This document shows, in pieces, positions 1 to 8,117 of a DNA stretch of 64,000 nucleotides (the stretch's first letter is position 1; the number at the start of each line of letters is the position of its first letter). The notes under the pieces were generated by a model. That model did no database searches. It was not told the origin of the DNA and was given only the letters and a program-made list of their open reading frames with translations. Both the position numbers and the translations under genes were made by a program. Source of the stretch: Candidatus Poribacteria bacterium (GTDB lineage Bacteria; Poribacteria; WGA-4E; WGA-3G); contig CBDBFU010000026.1 of the NCBI GenBank assembly GCA_965205025.1, positions 64,001-128,000 of the forward strand, given 5' to 3'.

Positions 1-190
1 ATTCATTAAATAGTCTTAACCCGCTTCTACCGTCGGTATGCTTAAATGTAATACCGGAAGTTTCGGTAGCATCAACAAAAATTTGTTCTGCTGAACTGAT
101 GTTGTAAAATTGAAAACAGATGAAATACGAGATGAGTATTAAATTGATGTATAGGTAGGTATAATGTATATTACTTTTCTTCATAAGCAT
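1..190 (-). CDS. 5' part of a secreted CRTAC1/FG-GAP (ASPIC-UnbV-associated) family protein; runs off the window
   Basis: Manual translation MLMKKSNIHYTYLYINLILISYFICFQFYNISSAEQIFVDATETSGITFKHTDGRSGLRLFNE is open to the edge. Signal peptide followed by F-x-D-x-T-x-x-S-G-I-x-F-x-H, typical of this family's N-terminus; lies next to a TPR gene. Confidence 0.6.
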   Translation of the reverse strand, partial: MLMKKSNIHYTYLYINLILISYFICFQFYNISSAEQIFVDATETSGITFKHTDGRSGLRLFNE

Positions 191-202
191 AAATTTCTAA
201 AA

Positions 203-348
203 TAATGTGAGTTTGATAAGACACATTGTACCCCAAACTTTTAGTTAACACCAGAGTGCACAAACTGGAAAGTTTGTGCTACAAAGACTATCTTCAGGAC
301 AAAATTCTGTTTATCGAACTGATACTTATCATTATCAAACTGGCGTTA
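203..348. repeat. Short inverted-repeat-bounded cassette (family B) containing a REP-like hairpin
   Basis: TAATGTGAGTTTGATAA (203-219) and TTATCAAACTGGCGTTA (332-348); internal palindrome GCACAAACT-GGAA-AGTTTGTGC-TACA (258-283). Confidence 0.6.
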
Positions 349-355
349 AAATATT

Positions 356-1603
356 CTATTTATTCGTCTTACCTATCTTTTCTAACCTTTGCAATGCAGA
401 AATCGCATCTTTATCGTTAGGTGAAATCTCAAGGATTGTATTATAGGTTTTAATTGCCTTTTCGAAATGTCCTTGTTGCATATATATTTCCGCTAATCCG
501 TGATAGGCTAAAGTAAGTTTCGGCATCTTCTCTACTGCTTTCTGTAAATGCATTTCTGCTTGGTCATATTTTTCTTGTGAGTTGTATAGCCACCCTAATC
601 GGACATGCGCTTCTACAGCATCGGGATTTAACTGCAACACCTGCTGAAATTGTGTAATTGCTTTTTCAGTAAAGTTTAAACCCATATATAATCTGCCTAA
701 TTTGTCATACGCTTCCACATACTTTGGATTTAATTGAATAATTGTCTTGTATGTATGAATTGCAGCTGAGAAATGCTGGTGTTGAGAATGTGTTTCTGCT
801 AATTTCATACGGAGTGCAGAGTTAAGAGGATCTTCTGCTAAAAATCCTTCAAGAGCATAAGTTTTGTCATAGTAGTTTTTCATCTTTTGAAACAATATAA
901 GCTGTTTCTTTGCCGATTCCAAATCTCCGAGAAGTCTATACGCTTTAGCAAGGTTGTAATAGGCACTTTGTATATAAGGTTTTTTTTGAATGGCTTTTTT
1001 ATAATACGCAATTGCTTCATTAGGTTTGTTTTGCATAACAGCAATTAAACCAAGCCATTCATATACCTCTGCAAAATCGGGATTGAGCTTTAGAGCATTC
1101 TGAAATGAGGTGATGGCTTTATTGAATTCTGCTTGGTGTGTATAAATGTAACCAATCCGGTAATGTGTATCAGCATCTGATGGAGATATTTCAACTGCAG
1201 TCAAAGCATGCTGCTTAGCAATATCTAACTTGCTCTGTTTACAGTATATCTCTGATAATGCAAGGTGGGTGTATCCATATATTTGAGGTTGATCTAATAA
1301 CTCGTTTGACGCTAACTCCGTAATAATCTTATTAAACGTTACTACTGCTAATTCTAATTTATCCTGTATTTTGTAAACATTCCCCAATTGAAAAAGTGCT
1401 TTAACATCTCCAGGATTTCGGGATAAAATCACATTGAAAATATCAACGGCTTCAGGGTATAACCGTAGTTCAATATAATCTAAACCTTTTTTAAATTCAG
1501 GGTCGATTTGTGATATACTTACATCGGGGACAGATAAGAAAAAGGTGAGAATTAGCCAAGTATAAATAAGTTTAGAATACTTGTACTGATGAAGTTTATG
1601 CAT
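356..1603 (-). CDS. Tetratricopeptide repeat protein with signal peptide
   Basis: 415 aa; many TPR units (A..Y..LG..Y..A...F..AL.L.P); hydrophobic N-terminus. Confidence 0.9.
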   Translation of the reverse strand: MHKLHQYKYSKLIYTWLILTFFLSVPDVSISQIDPEFKKGLDYIELRLYPEAVDIFNVILSRNPGDVKALFQLGNVYKIQDKLELAVVTFNKIITELASNELLDQPQIYGYTHLALSEIYCKQSKLDIAKQHALTAVEISPSDADTHYRIGYIYTHQAEFNKAITSFQNALKLNPDFAEVYEWLGLIAVMQNKPNEAIAYYKKAIQKKPYIQSAYYNLAKAYRLLGDLESAKKQLILFQKMKNYYDKTYALEGFLAEDPLNSALRMKLAETHSQHQHFSAAIHTYKTIIQLNPKYVEAYDKLGRLYMGLNFTEKAITQFQQVLQLNPDAVEAHVRLGWLYNSQEKYDQAEMHLQKAVEKMPKLTLAYHGLAEIYMQQGHFEKAIKTYNTILEISPNDKDAISALQRLEKIGKTNK

Positions 1604-1630
1604 ACTTCAATATTGAAGTTCTCAATAAGA

Positions 1631-1951
1631 CTATTGATGTTTGTCTAAGACGTCTTGAATCCAAGAGAGGGCTGCCATACTTGATGACCAACCAATTGAT
1701 GTGATAGCAAGCAGTGCTACTTGTTGGATTTCGTCTCGTGAAATTCCATCCCGTAATGCGCGTCGAGTATGTGAATGCACGGCTCCTTCAGATTTTGCTC
1801 CAATGGCTAATGCAAGTTTAACAAGCCGCACTGTTCTGGCATCAAGCGGTCCAGCTGTACCACACGCTTCGCCTAAGTTTTGATATGCTTTCCAAACATC
1901 AGGATATTCTTCTATTACACCTTGGAGAAAATCAGGTAATTTATCATTCAT
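1631..1951 (-). CDS. Carboxymuconolactone decarboxylase (CMD/AhpD-like) family protein
   Basis: AGPLDARTVRLVKLALAIGAKSEGAVHSHTRRAL..G....EI motif; 106 aa. Confidence 0.85.
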   Translation of the reverse strand: MNDKLPDFLQGVIEEYPDVWKAYQNLGEACGTAGPLDARTVRLVKLALAIGAKSEGAVHSHTRRALRDGISRDEIQQVALLAITSIGWSSSMAALSWIQDVLDKHQ

Positions 1952-1960
1952 ATTTAGTAA

Positions 1961-2161
1961 TTAGCCAACTTCCTTTTCTTTTGGTGCATCTTTTTCCTGA
2001 ACCGTTGTATCGTCTTCTTCTATTTGTGCCTCGTTAAGTCCAGACTTAAAGTTTGTAATACTTTTGCCGAGTCCACGTGCCAATTCCGGAAGTTTTTTTG
2101 CGCCAAATAAGAGAACTACTAACGCTAAAATTATAATCCATTCCCATCCACCAGTAAACAT
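1961..2161 (-). CDS. tatA: Twin-arginine translocase TatA/TatE subunit
   Basis: WEWIIILALVVLLFGAKKLPELARGLGKSITNFK signature; GGAGG RBS upstream. Confidence 0.95.
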   Translation of the reverse strand: MFTGGWEWIIILALVVLLFGAKKLPELARGLGKSITNFKSGLNEAQIEEDDTTVQEKDAPKEKEVG

Positions 2162-2336
2162 TTTGCTTCCTCCAAATTAATACAATCTGTTCCAAATGAG
2201 TTTAAGAATTTCTATGTATGTAAGGTATTTTATCATATTTTTAATGTAATTTCACTTTAAATTTAGTTTGAGGGTATGTAAAGTTATTGTCACTAAGCAT
2301 TACGCTATTATTATATTTGGATACCGTTTTTTCTCC

Positions 2337-2457
2337 TAATACCATTTCAAGATTTTTATCGCATGAACAGTTGTAAAACATGTCTTGATATACTGCACAA
2401 ACTGGAAGTTTATGCTACATTACAGAGAAGAGACTATATTTATCTGAAATGGTATTA
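2337..2457. repeat. Inverted-repeat-bounded cassette (family A) with REP-like hairpin
   Basis: TAATACCATTTC (2337-2348) and GAAATGGTATTA (2446-2457); contains GCACAAACTGGAAGTTTATGCTACA (2395-2419), a copy of 258-283. Confidence 0.6.
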
Positions 2458-2644
2458 ACGTGAGTTTGATAAATCAGATTCTTATGAACGAATCAACGGT
2501 ATGAATGCTATTTAGCATTCCCCGTGGTTAGGAAACCGCCAAATCAACGGTATGAATGCTATTTAGCATTCCCCGCCTACCGGGTCTATAGGAGTGATAT
2601 TTTTGGGAAAATGAAGATTTTTACCTATTATCAAACTCACGTTA
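2456..2644. repeat. Inverted-repeat-bounded cassette (family B) with two internal direct repeats
   Basis: Perfect 17-bp IR TAACGTGAGTTTGATAA / TTATCAAACTCACGTTA; two copies of AATCAACGGTATGAATGCTATTTAGCATTCCCC inside. Confidence 0.7.
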
Positions 2645-2772
2645 TTAGGTTATGTTCTGAGAATTTCCAAATACGAACAATTATGTATGTTTAAATGGTA
2701 ATATTCCATAAAATTAATCCGATTCTTCATTATAGAAGTTAAGTTAATATCACATATCATATTGTGAAAAAG

Positions 2773-3214
2773 GTTACACTTTTCGTCACATGGTGTGACA
2801 TTTAAATTGATGAAAATTATGGCTGTAAACCCTGTTACAGACAGAGTTTATCTCCAATTGAAATAAGAATTAGAAAAATTGATATTTTGTGTCTTTTTTG
2901 ACTTTTTTTGTTAACTTCCAATATGCAAAAAAGTGTATATTATTAGAACCATTTTGATATTCGTTATGCGTATTAGATCTTTGAATAATCATCAATTATT
3001 CTCCTATGAATATGTAGCCAGTAGTTTTTGTTGTTAGTTGTTTCAGTCTATCTCATCAATTCTATATTTTAATGTTTCTTTGTTTTTGTCATGTATTATA
3101 TAGAACTAAGCGTAATTCTTGTGTAAATTTACTGTCTTTTAGTTGTTCACAATAGTTATATTCATATTCTCAATATGCAGAAAAGTTACACTTTTCGTTA
3201 CATGGTGTAACATT
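2773..3214. repeat. Two copies of a 30-bp motif containing a palindrome (2773-2802 and 3185-3214)
   Basis: GTTACACTTTTCGTCACATGGTGTGACATT vs GTTACACTTTTCGTTACATGGTGTAACATT. Confidence 0.7.
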
Positions 3215-4346
3215 GATAAAACTCCTCTCCCGTCAGTACTACACTGGGTTTAGATCCATTTTTTTAAGGTTACAAGAATTTGTTCCAATTATAAAGTTGG
3301 GTTGAATTTTGTGTTTTTTACTTTTCTTTTGATCCATTGATTTAGGATTGTTTGAATGTGAAATATTTGTGTTTCCATTTTGACAAGATATTAGAATATA
3401 TTCGAAAAATCATAGATTTGGAGGATTCTTTGTACGTGCCATCTGCTATATTTTGAACCAACGGACGGGGAAATCCGAATTCTATGAAGAGAATTATATC
3501 TGTATGGACGATTCGTAGTAATGAGATACAGTGTAGTTTACTGTTGTGCATGATAGTCTGTTTTGTTTGAAGTCGGTCTAATTTTTAGTTTTTCAAGTTT
3601 TTTGAGTCGCTTTTTAAGAAATGATTTTTTAATGAGTCGAAAACCGTGTTGGGGATTGGGATAACAAAGGATTTGAGTAATAGGTGTAAAATTTTAAAAT
3701 TAGAAAAACTAAAAAATATTCGGTTGAATTCGCATTGGTTTTTCTCTGTATCTGCTTATGGGGTGATAATTCTGAATATTTTTGTTGTAATTCTAACATG
3801 GATAATCCTATTTCCCAGATAGTGGTTTTGGTTGAATTTGGCATAAAGTTTAGAAATCTAAATAATTAGAGAATAGTTACACTTTCACGGCATAAACAAT
3901 ATTTCGTATCTTCCAAGTAATGTGTTAGTTTTAGTTTATAATTAGTGAACGATATAGTATTGTATCATTTTATTTGCATTTTGACAAATATTTCTAATTT
4001 ATTTTATGTTATTGTGATATATGTATGTTAGTTGTTAGATGTTTGTGTTTTCTTCAATTATTTTAAAGTCTTATGGAAAAAGTGTGAAATTAGAATTTGA
4101 TACAGTTTATATTAAGAACATGTATTTGATCCGTTTCTATTAAGTAAATTAATGCCATAAACTTTACACACCCCATCCTGATGGGTACGTAAATAATTTG
4201 TCACCATGGGTCAATTTAGTAAGATAAATCTATTTATAGGGTTGTTCTGAATTATCTGAACTACGGATTAGGCTGATAGGTGTGTTTGGAGAGGGTAAGG
4301 GTAAGAACATAAACTATAAATTTGTGGTACAAAGAGTTGTTTTTCT

Positions 4347-4511
4347 GAATCACGGATTACACGGATTACACGGAGGAGAGGGTTTTGGGTTCGGATTGTT
4401 TTCTTTTTTGAATCACGGATTACGCGGATTACGCGGATTACACGGAGGAGAGGGTTTTGGATTCGGATTGTTTTCTTTTTTGAATCATGGGTTACGCGGA
4501 TTATGTGGATA
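4347..4511 (+). repeat. Tandem repeat: ~63-72 bp units built on 9-bp CACGGATTA/CGCGGATTA subunits
   Basis: TGAATCACGGATTACACGGATTACACGGAGGAGAGGGTTTTGG.TTCGGATTGTTTTCTTTTT repeated about 2.5 times. Confidence 0.85.
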
Positions 4512-4668
4512 AGAGGGTGATTGTCTGTAGGAATCTGTTTCTATGCTGGAGCTTCTATACTGTTAGAAAACGATCCTACCAATGTGTCGGAATAGGACCT
4601 TGAAGAATCGGGGATCGGAATCCCTTCCTAAATGAAAAAATTGTATAATGTATTGTAGAAAATAAATA

Positions 4669-4697
4669 TTGACATTTTTTAACACTTTTTCTACAAT
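4669..4697 (+). promoter_or_regulatory. Sigma70-type promoter
   Basis: TTGACA (4669-4674), 17-bp spacer, TACAAT (4692-4697). Confidence 0.7.
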
Positions 4698-4703
4698 ATA
4701 GAT

Positions 4704-4930
4704 AGATGTTAGAATTCACGATATGCGTGAACGACATCGGAGGTGCTTAAAAAAGTGCACCGGCAGTATAGCCGCTGCCGATGCGTAGCACTGCCGTATA
4801 TACTGGACCGTTACGACAGCGCTGGTTTCTATTATAACACAGATTGACTGTTAAGTCATCTGTTGCAGAGACCAGCGACCTCTACAGGGATTACATTATA
4901 GACTCTTTTTCCTTCCAAATCTCTGTAGTC
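4704..4930 (+). ncRNA. Putative structured RNA or 5' leader of unknown family
   Basis: Four consecutive long stems directly after the promoter, GC-richer than the flanks (see findings). Confidence 0.4.
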
Positions 4931-4973
4931 TGTCTAAACACTTAACTTGCTTCATTCTTCAAAGGAGCACAGC

Positions 4974-5300
4974 ATGAGACAAGACTACAAAGTCCTCTCT
5001 ATTACGATAATTATTTTTACCTGCATTTATGTAGGCGGTATATTTTTGTTTGGTGTTGATGCAAACACCACGCAACGTTGTAATCCGAATGGTGATCGAT
5101 GGATTGGTTGGGAATGTTTACCTCGAGAAAACCCTATGATTTCTAATCGGTGTCCGACCCAATTGACACTTATTGGCGGGTGTAAATCGAGAGAGTTTCC
5201 GAAAGTTCAACCATTTCCGATTTGTCCAAAACGAAATCCGAAACCATCCTGTTCGCTGGACACTATAAGACAAAAGGGTGGCTCTTTATATAAGGAGTGA
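4974..5300 (+). CDS. Small secreted Cys-rich hypothetical protein
   Basis: AAGGAG RBS then ATG at 4974; hydrophobic signal ending VDA; six Cys in the mature part. Confidence 0.55.
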   Translation: MRQDYKVLSITIIIFTCIYVGGIFLFGVDANTTQRCNPNGDRWIGWECLPRENPMISNRCPTQLTLIGGCKSREFPKVQPFPICPKRNPKPSCSLDTIRQKGGSLYKE

Positions 5301-5305
5301 AACTA

Positions 5306-5893
5306 ATGAGAAAAAAAATGTATTGGGGGTTAGCTTCCCTCATTCTTATCATCGGTGTTGTGGGTGTATACTTTATGTTGCAACCCGAACCCGATACGGA
5401 ACCAGAAAAGAGGTTTATAGTGCCAACAGAGGCAGAACTTGAAAAGGCGAGAGAAGCAAGGAAACCACCACCCGGTGCCTCTCCAAACGGACATTGGCAT
5501 GGGGATGAATGGCACGATGAATCGCATGCAGAACCTGCAACCGTGCCACACACCCAAACTGTGTCTACAGAAGAAGCAGCGTCTGACGATATAGTATGGA
5601 CAATAGAATCCATGAAAAGGTCCCGTGAGAACCTACTAAATTCTTTGCCGATATATATTGAAACGAACAAAAAACAGATTCCAAGTCTTGAGGAAGCGTT
5701 AAAACGTATGGAAGGAAATACTCTTGTTGATGGACACAGAGATCAAGTCAAAAAAACCCTTGATAGGGTGCGATCTCAGCTTTCGCATCAGCAAGAATTG
5801 TTTGAAAGACTATCACAACCGGATGGACTTGAATACCTAATCAGGCGTAGGGGGGCAGAAGAACTATTAACGGAGGTGGACAATGAAAAATAA
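5306..5893 (+). CDS. Membrane-anchored protein A1 with PPPGASPNGHWHGDEWHDE motif and variable helical C-terminus
   Basis: AAGGAG RBS; N-terminal TM helix; paralog of 7476-8117. Confidence 0.85.
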   Translation: MRKKMYWGLASLILIIGVVGVYFMLQPEPDTEPEKRFIVPTEAELEKAREARKPPPGASPNGHWHGDEWHDESHAEPATVPHTQTVSTEEAASDDIVWTIESMKRSRENLLNSLPIYIETNKKQIPSLEEALKRMEGNTLVDGHRDQVKKTLDRVRSQLSHQQELFERLSQPDGLEYLIRRRGAEELLTEVDNEK

Positions 5894-7220
5894 GAATTAT
5901 CTCCAATTACTGACAACTTTTTTAGCGGTAGTCCTTGTTAGCATAGTATACCTATATGTGAGTGCCGAAGGAGAGGAAGCGTCACCGACAGTCGTATTCA
6001 ACGCTGCACAGGGTCGCATTGGGGTTATACAAAGTGAGATAAACAAGGAGATGGTTCCTGCACATCAATTCGGTAATATACAAAGAGAAATTGTAAAAGC
6101 ACTTGGTACGAACTGGACTTCCTCTAAGAAAAATATAGCGAAATCTATTATTGATCGTATAGCTGGCGGTGTCGCTGGTGCTCTGAAAACCGTGACAGAT
6201 CAGACAATTGTCTCTAAAAGCAGTTACGATCTAATCAGGGATCTTGATTCTGTCCGTGTTAAAGTAGATGAGTATATAGCGACCAAGATCGACAAGGGCA
6301 TCTATCAACGAGAAGAGACGGGGTATAACGCTACCTATGATAGAATGTTAGATGCTTACCGTGAAACGAAAGGTCAAGATAGAATTGATCTAAATGATGC
6401 TATTTTCGGAAGGGAGAATGCTGGTGATTATTCGTCAGAGATTGCGTCTTGGAAATGGCCTGTTCCTGATGTGGATAAACTCTATGTGAGTCGATGTGCT
6501 ACGCCAACAGGCACGTGCTGGGGTTATTACGAGGATGCCAACGAACATGAGTTAGAATGTACTCAAAAACATGGTGTTTCAGGTGAAACAGACGTATCAT
6601 GGTGGATTTGCCAGTCAGCCACGGAATGCCAACGTGCATCGGAGCATTGGTTGCCATGTCCGGGTAATTGTGGTGAAAAGTATCCACCTAAGAAAGTGAG
6701 TAAGGGGCGTGGTCAATTTTATTATTCTGATAATATAAAATTCCCGCATGAGGTGAAATGTAACGAAGATGTGTACGATGGTTTTTGGAAGTTTTGGGCG
6801 AAGTGTAAAAATATTTGGTATACTTGTCAGCATAGTAGTTGTACGAATTCATCGGCTCATGATGATGGTAATAGTAACTCCTATTATAATGAGGATGGCA
6901 GTGGCAGTGGTAGTGGCAGTACACCGTCTACACCATCTACACCGTCTACACCGACACCTACACCGTCTCCGAGCACTCCCGTAGACAACTCGCCGGATTG
7001 TAGTTATTGCACGGATAGTTGTAGTGCGTGCCAAGCGGTATGTGCGAGTGGGTGTACTTATGATCCGAGGAAAGCAAATCAGGTAAAGGAGCATCGGACT
7101 CGGACGTGTCGATACTGTGGTCAATCGTGGCAAAACTGTGGGGCTGGAAGTGGAAGACCTGCTACTTGCAACAATGAAAAGCGGCGGAAGAATGGCAAAG
7201 GCTGTTGGGCAGAAGATTAA
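5883..7220 (+). CDS. Secreted protein B1: variable helical N-terminus, Cys/His-rich C-terminus with G/S/T/P linker
   Basis: 445 aa; signal peptide; overlaps the A1 stop; C-terminal ~190 aa nearly identical to the protein ending at 9487. Confidence 0.85.
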   Translation: MKNKNYLQLLTTFLAVVLVSIVYLYVSAEGEEASPTVVFNAAQGRIGVIQSEINKEMVPAHQFGNIQREIVKALGTNWTSSKKNIAKSIIDRIAGGVAGALKTVTDQTIVSKSSYDLIRDLDSVRVKVDEYIATKIDKGIYQREETGYNATYDRMLDAYRETKGQDRIDLNDAIFGRENAGDYSSEIASWKWPVPDVDKLYVSRCATPTGTCWGYYEDANEHELECTQKHGVSGETDVSWWICQSATECQRASEHWLPCPGNCGEKYPPKKVSKGRGQFYYSDNIKFPHEVKCNEDVYDGFWKFWAKCKNIWYTCQHSSCTNSSAHDDGNSNSYYNEDGSGSGSGSTPSTPSTPSTPTPTPSPSTPVDNSPDCSYCTDSCSACQAVCASGCTYDPRKANQVKEHRTRTCRYCGQSWQNCGAGSGRPATCNNEKRRKNGKGCWAED

Positions 7221-7252
7221 CTTTGTCTACTTGACAGTAGATTAGATTTTAT

Positions 7253-7286
7253 AGGCAGGTATCCATTATTGGATACCTGCCTTTTT
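7253..7286 (+). terminator. Rho-independent terminator
   Basis: AGGCAGGTATCCA-TTAT-TGGATACCTGCCT followed by a T run. Confidence 0.85.
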
Positions 7287-7475
7287 GTGAGTTAGCAAAA
7301 ATACCCAAAACAAGTGAAATGTGTTATAATAGGATTAGATGATACTTGAGGGGAACCGTGTCACATAAGCGGATAAAAGATAAAAGAAGAAAAAGTTGTA
7401 TGATATCAGGAATATGGATAGACTGCTGGACGCAGTAAGATAAAAGGGTGGCTCATTATATAAGGAGCGAAACTT

Positions 7476-8117
7476 ATGAGAAAGAAAATGTATTGGGGGT
7501 TAGCTTCCCTCATTCTTATCGTCGGTGTTGTGGGTGTATTTGTTATGTTGCAACCCGATCCGGAACCCGAAAAGAGATATAAACTGCCATCAGAGGCAGA
7601 GAATAAACAGAAAAAAGATGTAAACCAACCGCAGCGTCCTGTATCAGAAGTTGTTAAACCGCCGCCACCCGGTGCCTCTCCAAACGGACATTGGCATGGG
7701 GATGAATGGCACGATGAACCGCACCAGACACCTATAGCTGAAGTTTCTCAAAAAACGCCTGCCGAAAACTTGAAAACAGAGGAAAAAACGGATCTGTCTA
7801 AATATTACGGTAAGTCGGGCGAAGATTTTTACAGAGATCGTTTTTCAAGAGAAGAGCTGGAATCTATGATTAAAGTTGAGCAACGGGAAGTTGAACGGTT
7901 AAAAACAAAGCATATTCCTGAATTAGAAAAGTTGCGTGAAAAGCAACTGAAATTTCTTCAAAGTATTCCTGATAGCATAAATGAACCTATTAAAAATAGT
8001 CTGGCTGACATTGAAAGACAGATTAGATTTAACAAGTTTCAATTGAGCAATATAGAAAAAAGTATCTCAGAAATGTTAAAGGTATTGAATGAGGAGGGAA
8101 AGAATGTTGAAAAATAG
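7476..8117 (+). CDS. Membrane-anchored protein A2 (paralog of A1)
   Basis: Same MRKKMYWGLASLILI N-terminus and GHWHGDEWHDE motif; different coiled-coil-like C-terminus. Confidence 0.85.
   Translation: MRKKMYWGLASLILIVGVVGVFVMLQPDPEPEKRYKLPSEAENKQKKDVNQPQRPVSEVVKPPPPGASPNGHWHGDEWHDEPHQTPIAEVSQKTPAENLKTEEKTDLSKYYGKSGEDFYRDRFSREELESMIKVEQREVERLKTKHIPELEKLREKQLKFLQSIPDSINEPIKNSLADIERQIRFNKFQLSNIEKSISEMLKVLNEEGKNVEK

Larger units (their letters stand above)
2272..4173. mobile_element. Putative non-autonomous element bounded by family C terminal inverted repeats; non-coding interior
   Basis: Left end GGGTATGTAAAGTTATTGTCACTAA (2272); right end ATGCCATAAACTTTACACACCC (to 4173); the left ~54 bp closely match 27159-27212. 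Confidence 0.45.

Noticed and set aside
2491-2574. Two 33-bp direct repeats resembling a mini CRISPR array
   Set aside because: Only two copies with an 18-bp spacer, no cas genes, and a related sequence occurs alone near 45889; it fits a REP-like repeat.
3342-3844. Two ~70-aa minus-strand ORFs in the AT-rich tract
   Set aside because: No RBS or recognisable features; expected by chance.
4282-4512. 76-aa ORF with repeated NHGLHGL units
   Set aside because: It is a translation of the tandem DNA repeat with no clear RBS or recognisable domain.
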